Source: a virus
Lineage: Duplodnaviria > Heunggongvirae > Uroviricota > Caudoviricetes
Direction: 5' to 3' (one strand)
Virus record (IMG/VR): IMGVR_UViG_2925877141_000002
DNA length: 33,848 bases
Each line of letters opens with the position of its first letter. Position 1 is the stretch's first letter. Made by a program: the position numbers and the translations under genes. Shown here in pieces: positions 26,590 through 33,848 of this stretch. The notes beneath the pieces are model-generated. The model searched no databases. It had not been told where the DNA came from and worked only from the letters and a program-made list of their open reading frames with translations.

Positions 26590-29500
26590 ATGGCAGTAAA
26601 GATTTCAGGTGTACTGAAAGACGGTGCAGGTAAACCGGTACAGAACTGCACAATCCAGCTGAAAGCAAAACGTAACAGCACCACGGTGGTGGCGAACACG
26701 GTGGCCTCAGAAAATCCGGATGAAGCCGGGCGTTACAGCATGGACGTTGAGTACGGTCAGTACAGCGTTATTCTGTTGGTGGAAGGCTTCCCGCCATCGC
26801 ATGCCGGGACCATCACCGTGTATGAAGACTCACAACCGGGTACGCTGAATGATTTTCTCGGTGCCATGACGGAGGATGATGTCCGTCCGGAGGCACTGCG
26901 CCGCTTTGAACTGATGGTGGAAGAGGTGGCGCGTAACGCGTCCGCAGTGGCGCAGAACACAGCAGCCGCGAAGAAGTCAGCCAGCGATGCCAGCACATCA
27001 GCCCGTGAGGCGGCAACCCATGCGACTGATGCTGCAGGCTCAGCACGTGCAGCCAGCACGTCAGCCGGACAGGCCGCTTCGTCGGCTCAGTCAGCGTCTT
27101 CCAGCGCAGGAACGGCATCAGCAAAGGCTACTGAAGCATCAAAAAGTGCTGCCGCTGCAGAGTCTTCAAAAAGCGCGGCAGCCACCAGTGCCGGTGCAGC
27201 GAAAACGTCAGAAACGAATGCCGCAGCATCACAAAAATCTGCGGCCACTTCTGCATCCACCGCGACCACGAAAGCGTCAGAAGCTGCCACCTCAGCCCGG
27301 GATGCGTCGGCTTCAAAAGTGGCGGCAAAATCATCAGAAACGAGCGCAGCCTCGAGCGCCGGCAGTGCAGCTTCCTCGGCAACGGCGGCAGGAAATTCCG
27401 CGAAGGCCGCAAAAACGTCTGAGACGAATGCGGATAACAGCGCACAGGCGGCAGCAGACTCACAAACTGCATCGGCAAATTCCGCGACAGCAGCCAAAAA
27501 ATCAGAAACCAACGCGAAAAATAGTGAGTCAGCAGCAAAGGTCAGCGAAACCAACGCTAAAGCGTCAGAGAACAAGGCGAAAGAATATCTCGACAAGGTC
27601 GGGGGACTCGTCAGCCCGATGACGCAATACGATTGGCCTGTTGTTACTGCTAGTGAGTCTCTTTACATCAAGATCGCGAAACTTTCCGATCCTGGAACCA
27701 GCAGAAGTCATGTAACGCTAATGGTTACTAACGCTGGTAACTACGGCTCCCCTTACGGAAACATTGACTTTATCGAGATCTCGGCGCGCGGTCTGCCTTC
27801 TTTGCTTAGTGCGGATAATGTTTCTCGTCATCTGAGTATACGCCGCTTAGGGTCAACCGGGCTGACCGATAACAACCAGATGCGTTACGGCCTGGTTAAA
27901 GGTGACGGCTTTATTGAGGTTTGGGCATTCCAGGGTGCGTTTATTAACGACGCAAAGGTTGCGGTGCTGGCGCAGACAACACTAAACACAGAATTATACA
28001 TTCCAGACGGATTTGTTAAGCAAACCGCCGCGCCTTCTGGATATATTGAAGGCAACGTTGTAAGGATTTACGACCAGGTAAACAAGCCGACTAAAGCAGA
28101 TTTGGGTCTTTCTAATGCTATGCTTACAGGCGCTTTCGGTCTTGGCGGTAGCGGGATATCAACAAACGGCAAGATGAGCGATGTAGAGATCTTAAAAGCT
28201 CTGCGTGACAAAGGTGGTCATTTCTGGCGCGGTGATAAGCCGACCGGAAGCACGGCGACCATTTATAGCCACGGTTCTGGTATATTCTCGCGGTGCGGCG
28301 ATACGTGGTCAGCGATCAATATCGACTACTCAACCGCGAAGATTAAGATCTATGCCGGCAACGATGCCCGGCTTAACAACGGGACTTTTAGCGTCAATGA
28401 GCTATACGGCTCGGCAAACAAGCCGTCGAAATCGGATGTTGGACTTGGCAACGTAACGAACGATGCGCAGGTAAAAAAAACCGGCGATACAATGACCGGT
28501 GACTTGACAATCAAAAAAGGTACACCGTCAGTCTTCCTGCGGGCAGACAGTGGAGTCACCGCTTTGCGGTTTTATACTGGCGATAACACAGAGCGCGGCA
28601 TAATCTATGCTGGTCCTAACACTGATTCGCTTGGCGAAGTTCGCATCAGGGCAAAGACAGCAGGGGGGACATCAGGAGGGGATCTTGTTGTTCGTCACGA
28701 CGGGAGGGTTGAAGTCCGTGATCTCACAGTAGCGTATAAAATTAAAAGCAGAACGATTGAGATTGCAAATACCGACACTGACTCATCGGCAACTACGCTA
28801 AGCATCTATGGAGTACAGCACACGCCGTTGGTTTTAACGCGTTCTGGTTCTTCTGAAAATGTGTCCATTGGGTTTAAGTTAGACAATGTGAACCCAAAGT
28901 ATCTTGGAATTGATACTAATGGGGATCTGGCTTTTGGTGAGAGTCCTGATCAGAAACAAAACAGCAAATTGATCACGCAAGCGAAACTCGACAAGGGATT
29001 AACGATTGGTGGTCAACTGGCTTTCAAAGGTACGACAGCGTTTTCAGCCGTTGCTACGTTCAGTGCCGGGATAGCAGGAGCCATCGAGCCGGAAAACATT
29101 GACGGCCAGACGGTTAATCTTAACAACCTGACCATCATCAAGTCAGATGCCGGGGCAGTTAAATACTATATTTGTCCATCCTCTGCAGGTGGTGCAAATA
29201 TCACCAACAAGCCTGACGGCGTAACAGGTAACTTTTTGCTCCGTGTTGAATCGACTCGTAAGGTTAGGGATTCAGATTATGCGAACATGCAAACGCTGAT
29301 TAACAGCGACACAAAACGTATATACGTTCGCTTTGTTGTTAATGGAAACTGGACAGCGTGGAGTCAGGTTGTTGTTTCCGGATGGAATCAGGATGTAACC
29401 GTCAGGTCGTTAACCTCGACGACTCCATCAAAATTAGGTGGCGGGCGGATTGATGTGCTTGGAAGTACGTCAGATTATGGCAGCATGAATTGTACCGTTC

Positions 29501-30369
29501 GTGGTGTTGATAGCACTGGAACCAATTCGGCGTGGTCGGTAGGCACATCAGAAAGCACAGGCAAAATGTTGTTCCTGAAAAACCACAGAAGCAGCGCTCA
29601 AGTGCTGTTAAATGGCGATGATGGAGCGGTTCAACTACTAAGTGGCACTGTTAACGGTGCTACAGCGCAGGCGCTAACCATCAACAAAGATGAGGTTAAC
29701 TCAACTGCCGATTTAGTAATTAGAAAACAAACAGGGACTGGCAATCGTTTTGCTTTACTTAATTCAGGTAATTCAGAACTACCAGTTAGTATCAGGGTGT
29801 GGGGTTCCAGTACTCGACAAAACGTTTTTGAGGTTGGCACGTCTGCTGCGTATCTGTTTTATGCGCAAAAAACAACAGACGGGCAAAACCTTACTGTAAA
29901 CGGAAGTGTTAACTGCACCACACTGAATCAGTCATCAGACCGCAGACTGAAAGAAAATATCGAGATTATCGATAACGCGACTGACGCAATCCGCAAAATT
30001 AATGGATACACGTACACGCTCAAGGAGAATGGGGCACATTGCGCCGGGGTTATAGCACAGGAAGTTGAAGAGGCCATCCCGGAGGCCGTTGGTTCATTCA
30101 TCCATTACGGTGAAGAGTTGCAAGGCCCGACCGTTGACGGCAACGAGCTACGCGAAGAAACGCGCTATCTTAATGTTGACTACGCCGCCGTGACGGGTTT
30201 ACTTGTTCAGGTCGCCCGTGAAACAGATGATCGCGTTACCGCGCTGGAAGAGGAAAACACAACGCTACGTCAAAATCTGGCAACAGCAGGCACCCGGATC
30301 AGCACTCTGGAAAATCAGGTAAGCGAACTGGTTGCACTTGTCCGGCAGTTAACAGGAAGCGAACATTGA
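26590..30369 (+). CDS. stf: Side tail fibre protein (lambda Stf-like N-terminus, Ala/Ser-rich repeats, C-terminal S74-type self-cleaving chaperone domain)
   Basis: N-terminus MAVKISGVLKDGAGKPVQNCTIQLKAKRNSTTV... matches lambda Stf as recalled; C-terminal SDRRLKENIEIID...YTYTLKENG...GVIAQEVEE motif typical of the intramolecular chaperone domain. Confidence 0.9.
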   Translation: MAVKISGVLKDGAGKPVQNCTIQLKAKRNSTTVVANTVASENPDEAGRYSMDVEYGQYSVILLVEGFPPSHAGTITVYEDSQPGTLNDFLGAMTEDDVRPEALRRFELMVEEVARNASAVAQNTAAAKKSASDASTSAREAATHATDAAGSARAASTSAGQAASSAQSASSSAGTASAKATEASKSAAAAESSKSAAATSAGAAKTSETNAAASQKSAATSASTATTKASEAATSARDASASKVAAKSSETSAASSAGSAASSATAAGNSAKAAKTSETNADNSAQAAADSQTASANSATAAKKSETNAKNSESAAKVSETNAKASENKAKEYLDKVGGLVSPMTQYDWPVVTASESLYIKIAKLSDPGTSRSHVTLMVTNAGNYGSPYGNIDFIEISARGLPSLLSADNVSRHLSIRRLGSTGLTDNNQMRYGLVKGDGFIEVWAFQGAFINDAKVAVLAQTTLNTELYIPDGFVKQTAAPSGYIEGNVVRIYDQVNKPTKADLGLSNAMLTGAFGLGGSGISTNGKMSDVEILKALRDKGGHFWRGDKPTGSTATIYSHGSGIFSRCGDTWSAINIDYSTAKIKIYAGNDARLNNGTFSVNELYGSANKPSKSDVGLGNVTNDAQVKKTGDTMTGDLTIKKGTPSVFLRADSGVTALRFYTGDNTERGIIYAGPNTDSLGEVRIRAKTAGGTSGGDLVVRHDGRVEVRDLTVAYKIKSRTIEIANTDTDSSATTLSIYGVQHTPLVLTRSGSSENVSIGFKLDNVNPKYLGIDTNGDLAFGESPDQKQNSKLITQAKLDKGLTIGGQLAFKGTTAFSAVATFSAGIAGAIEPENIDGQTVNLNNLTIIKSDAGAVKYYICPSSAGGANITNKPDGVTGNFLLRVESTRKVRDSDYANMQTLINSDTKRIYVRFVVNGNWTAWSQVVVSGWNQDVTVRSLTSTTPSKLGGGRIDVLGSTSDYGSMNCTVRGVDSTGTNSAWSVGTSESTGKMLFLKNHRSSAQVLLNGDDGAVQLLSGTVNGATAQALTINKDEVNSTADLVIRKQTGTGNRFALLNSGNSELPVSIRVWGSSTRQNVFEVGTSAAYLFYAQKTTDGQNLTVNGSVNCTTLNQSSDRRLKENIEIIDNATDAIRKINGYTYTLKENGAHCAGVIAQEVEEAIPEAVGSFIHYGEELQGPTVDGNELREETRYLNVDYAAVTGLLVQVARETDDRVTALEEENTTLRQNLATAGTRISTLENQVSELVALVRQLTGSEH

Positions 30370-30543
30370 TATCCTTCAAGCTCTGAAGGAGGCTGTTCCC
30401 GGTACGTTCAGACTGTTGTTGAGCTGGAGATCGCAACGGAGGAAGAAAACTCGTTGTTGGAAGCCTGGAAGAAGTATCGGGTGTTGCTGAACCGTGTTGA
30501 TACGTCAACTGCACAGGATATTGAATGGCCAGCACTGCCGTAG
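30370..30543 (+). pseudogene. Tail fibre assembly protein (Tfa) C-terminal remnant, in frame directly after the stf stop
   Basis: Encodes ...[40 protein letters not shown], the conserved Tfa C-terminus; no start codon. Confidence 0.55.
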
Positions 30544-30640
30544 GGTAAAACATATAAATTCTATAATTAGATGTATCTTTCCATTTACGGCAAGGAAGGG
30601 GGCTTGGAAGACGTAAAGCATCTCACACCGAGATTATTTT

Positions 30641-31231
30641 TTATATGTCAGGTGTCTGAAGTTTTGCTTTGGCTCTTAAAATGGTTTGCCGCGAGGTTTT
30701 GAATTCCCGGGCAATGGCACTTATACTTACACCTGACTTAATTCGTTCGAATACCACCTGTTTCTGTTCTTCATTTAACACAGGTGGTCGACCAAAACGT
30801 TTCCCTGCGCCGCGGGCTCTTACTATCCCGGAATGAGTGCGTTCAAGTAAAAGGTCTCGTTCAAATTCAGCGACTGCTGAAATTACGTGCATCATCATTT
30901 TTCCTGTTGGACTGGTCAGGTCAATGCCCCCCAATGCTAAGCAATGCACTCTGATACCTGTTTCGGTCAGTTGTTCCACTGTTTTCCTGATATCCATTGC
31001 ATTACAACCAAGGCGATCCAGTTTTGTCACAATCAATTGATCACCACATTTCAGGCGAGCAAGCAACCGGTTAAAACCAGGACGCTCACTGGTTGCTGCT
31101 GAGCCGCTAATGTGTTCTTCGATTATTTGCTGAGGTTTGATTTTAAAACCTGCACTTTCGATTTCCCGGCGTTGATTTTCGGTGGTCTGATCCAGCGTTG
31201 ATATCCGACAGTAAGCAAAAATTCGAGACAT
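30641..31231 (-). CDS. pin: Serine recombinase DNA invertase Pin (Gin/Hin family)
   Basis: 196 aa [20 protein letters not shown]...; catalytic Ser in the N-terminal motif; C-terminal HTH. Confidence 0.9.
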   Translation of the reverse strand: MSRIFAYCRISTLDQTTENQRREIESAGFKIKPQQIIEEHISGSAATSERPGFNRLLARLKCGDQLIVTKLDRLGCNAMDIRKTVEQLTETGIRVHCLALGGIDLTSPTGKMMMHVISAVAEFERDLLLERTHSGIVRARGAGKRFGRPPVLNEEQKQVVFERIKSGVSISAIAREFKTSRQTILRAKAKLQTPDI

Positions 31232-31547
31232 AGTGAGACTCTATACGAAATTGGTGTTCATATCATAATGCATCTCAGAAAATAATTTTGATTATTTTTG
31301 TGCATATTTGTATGTACACGTTCGAAAATAAACGAATGCGTATGCAACCCCGTAACTTTGGTGAGACCTAAAATCGATTTTGTGAAAAATGGCTTTAACT
31401 CGGTTTGTTTTTCGAGTTCCGGGCGGACTCAAGGAAGAAGAATAGTGTTGCGTGTTATTTTAACCAGATTTCAAGTTGTTTGGTCGTGGAAAAGTGGAGC
31501 AAAATGTTGTTAAAGTGGGAAAATGATAAAAAAGTAAGTTTATTATA

Positions 31548-31781
31548 TTACATTTTACCATTTAAATTTTGGTTGTCTTTAAGAACTGATATCGCTGTTT
31601 GTAATAATTCTTTGTTATCCAGCCATGATTTTTTCTTTATGTTTCCTTCAATGTAATCAAGCAATGTTCTGGTATTGATAGGTCTTCCCTGTTTTGCTAC
31701 TTCCACTACAGCATCCCCTAGGATAATTCTTACTTCAGGAAGCTGCGCAGGGAACCACTTTAGGGTGTCTTTTGATTTCAT
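31548..31781 (-). CDS. ydfK: YdfK/YnaE-like protein
   Basis: 77 aa MKSKDTLKWFPAQLPEVRIILGDAVVEVAKQGRPINTRTLLDYIEGNIKK...; AAGGA RBS; adjacent to pin as in Qin/Rac. Confidence 0.65.
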   Translation of the reverse strand: MKSKDTLKWFPAQLPEVRIILGDAVVEVAKQGRPINTRTLLDYIEGNIKKKSWLDNKELLQTAISVLKDNQNLNGKM

Positions 31782-32564
31782 GAAGATATTCCTTAAAATA
31801 TTATTGATTTTCATTGCGATATTGTATGTCTGATTCAGGATATGTTGACTTATACATCGGTTTTGTCTGGGTTATTGGATATGCCAATCCCTAATTTTAT
31901 TAGGGCATGACTAAAAATGCTGAATATGATAAGGAGAGAAGTGATTATCAGTATGCTGTTCATATAGCCTCGAATTAGTAATGTGTTATATATGATATAG
32001 TTGACAATTTTATCTTGGGTGTTCTTAAAGTTCGTAGATAAACATTGTCGTTTCAGGTATACAGGAATGCTAACAGGTGGCGGCAAAAATCAGGCGGTTT
32101 ATGGCGCAATCTGAAGTGGCAACTGCAAACTATCTTATGCAGAGACTCTACACGGATTGGGTTTAAAAGTATACATAGATAACAGTTTTTATCTGAAGAA
32201 GAAAAATATCAAGGTGATATAGCCTATATGCCTTTGATGTGGAGGAATGAATGTGATGGGAGTGATGTATCTGAATAGTTGAAAAACCGCAGACACACCT
32301 TATGCAAGAACGTGCTGCGGTTGGCTGGTAAATTTTTCGATAGTGCGAGTATTGAATGATTTCCAGCCGTTATTGATTTTACGCGTAAATCCATGAAAAA
32401 ACTACTTATCTGTTGGGGAGTTTTTTGGGGCATATATGGGACAGAAATAGGCCCCAGATAGACACTGAGATCGAACTTAGGATGCTTTTAAAAAAATGCA
32501 ACTATCTGAAAAAACCTAGAAAACGCCAAGGAAACCACAGGATGGGAAAAAACACCTGTGAATT

Positions 32565-33848
32565 ATGGATTTCCAGTTATATTCGCTCGGCGCAGCGTTA
32601 GTGTTTCATGAAATATTTTTTCCTGAATCATCAACGGCAATGGCGTTAATTCTGGCAATGGGAACCTACGGTGCAGGTTATGTGGCGCGTATTGTCGGAG
32701 CATTTATTTTCGGCAAAATGGGCGACAGAATAGGGCGTAAAAAAGTGCTCTTTATTACCATCACCATGATGGGGATCTGTACCACCTTAATTGGTGTGTT
32801 ACCGACCTATGCACAGATTGGTGTTTTTGCCCCCATCTTGCTGGTGACGCTGCGTATTATTCAGGGATTGGGTGCAGGTGCGGAAATTTCCGGTGCCGGT
32901 ACGATGCTGGCGGAATATGCGCCAAAAGGTAAGCGCGGAATTATCTCCTCATTTGTGGCTATGGGAACTAACTGCGGAACTTTAAGCGCAACGGCAATCT
33001 GGGCCTTTATGTTCTTCATTCTCAGTAAAGAGGAACTGCTGGCGTGGGGATGGCGTATACCGTTCCTGGCGAGCGTTGTCGTGATGGTCTTTGCTATCTG
33101 GTTGCGTATGAATCTGAAAGAAAGCCCGGTTTTTGAGAAGGTTAACGACAGCAACCAACCGACAGCAAAACCTGCACCTGCTGGTAGCATGTTCCAGAGC
33201 AAATCCTTCTGGCTGGCAACAGGGCTGCGTTTTGGTCAGGCGGGTAACTCAGGTTTAATTCAGACTTTCCTTGCGGGCTATTTAGTGCAGACGTTATTGT
33301 TTAACAAAGCAATTCCAACATATGCATTGATGATCAGTTCGATTCTCGGCTTTATGACCATTCCGTTCCTTGGTTGGTTATCCGATAAAATTGGTCGCCG
33401 GATCCCGTATATTATTATGAATACCTCCGCGATTGTGCTGGCATGGCCAATGCTTTCTATCATCGTAGATAAAAGCTATGCCCCGAGCACCATTATGGTT
33501 GCACTGATTGTGATTCATAACTGTGCGGTGCTGGGATTATTTGCTCTGGAAAATATTACCATGGCAGAAATGTTCGGCTGTAAAAACCGCTTTACCCGGA
33601 TGGCTATTTCTAAAGAAATTGGTGGTCTTATCGCTTCCGGTTTTGGTCCTATCCTGGCGGGTATTTTCTGCACCATGACGGAATCCTGGTATCCGATCGC
33701 CATTATGATCATGGCATATTCAGTGATTGGTTTAATCTCTGCGCTGAAAATGCCAGAAGTGAAAGACCGTGATTTAAGTGCGCTGGAAGACGCCGCGGAA
33801 GATCAACCGCGTGTTGTAAGAGCTGCGCAACCTTCCAGAAGTCTGTAA
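32565..33848 (+). CDS. ydfJ: MFS transporter YdfJ (host gene at prophage right boundary; likely lacks the first TM helix)
   Basis: 427 aa; MFS motif GKMGDRIGRKK about 50 aa from the start; ProP-like; weak RBS. Confidence 0.8.
   Translation: MDFQLYSLGAALVFHEIFFPESSTAMALILAMGTYGAGYVARIVGAFIFGKMGDRIGRKKVLFITITMMGICTTLIGVLPTYAQIGVFAPILLVTLRIIQGLGAGAEISGAGTMLAEYAPKGKRGIISSFVAMGTNCGTLSATAIWAFMFFILSKEELLAWGWRIPFLASVVVMVFAIWLRMNLKESPVFEKVNDSNQPTAKPAPAGSMFQSKSFWLATGLRFGQAGNSGLIQTFLAGYLVQTLLFNKAIPTYALMISSILGFMTIPFLGWLSDKIGRRIPYIIMNTSAIVLAWPMLSIIVDKSYAPSTIMVALIVIHNCAVLGLFALENITMAEMFGCKNRFTRMAISKEIGGLIASGFGPILAGIFCTMTESWYPIAIMIMAYSVIGLISALKMPEVKDRDLSALEDAAEDQPRVVRAAQPSRSL

Noticed and set aside
26930-27600. 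Possible tandem-repeat or CRISPR-like array in the periodic Ala/Ser-rich region
   Set aside because: The periodicity is at the protein level inside stf (imperfect SAxxAA repeats); there are no identical direct repeats with unique spacers.
26757-27622. Several long ORFs on both strands inside the stf gene (for example 26987..27622 plus, 27087..27596 minus, 27128..27538 minus)
   Set aside because: They lie in the GC-rich Ala/Ser repeat region of Stf; their translations are low-complexity Arg/Gln- or Ala-rich strings typical of alternative frames of a repetitive gene.
31850-32433. Two minus-strand ORFs (78 and 69 aa) and a 62-aa plus ORF between ydfK and ydfJ
   Set aside because: A+T-rich boundary region where ORFs arise by chance; no RBS; considered as possible small membrane toxins but support is too weak.

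Overview
This window reads as most of a defective Qin-like lambdoid prophage of Escherichia coli, ending in the host MFS transporter gene ydfJ. All gene identities below come from reading the translations and recalling known families; no database search was run. Left to right: integrase and excisionase (minus strand); a large exonuclease gene split by an IS2 insertion; the dicB cell-division-inhibitor module (ydfD, dicB, DicF sRNA, ydfA, dicA/dicC switch); a YdaT-like protein and an O-like replication initiator with internal iterons; small ORFs and a hok toxin; rem, a DUF968 protein and antiterminator Q; a cargo island between Q and the lysis genes (second lipocalin Blc, DUF523-DUF1722 protein, a second IS2, an AT-rich AraC regulator); pinholin, SAR endolysin and Rz/Rz1; a cold-shock cluster; a cos-like site; a deletion-scarred head module (Nu1 fragment, portal remnant, protease-capsid fusion, a tail-gene::lom chimera); a 1261-aa side tail fibre with self-cleaving chaperone domain; pin invertase; ydfK. 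No terminase large subunit or tail genes are present, so the element looks non-inducible. The most unusual items are the two IS2 copies (one apparently frameshift-defective), a membrane-protein ORF antisense to the dicB operon with its ribosome-binding site locked in a hairpin, a convergent gene pair inside the lysis cassette, and the Q-to-lysis cargo island.
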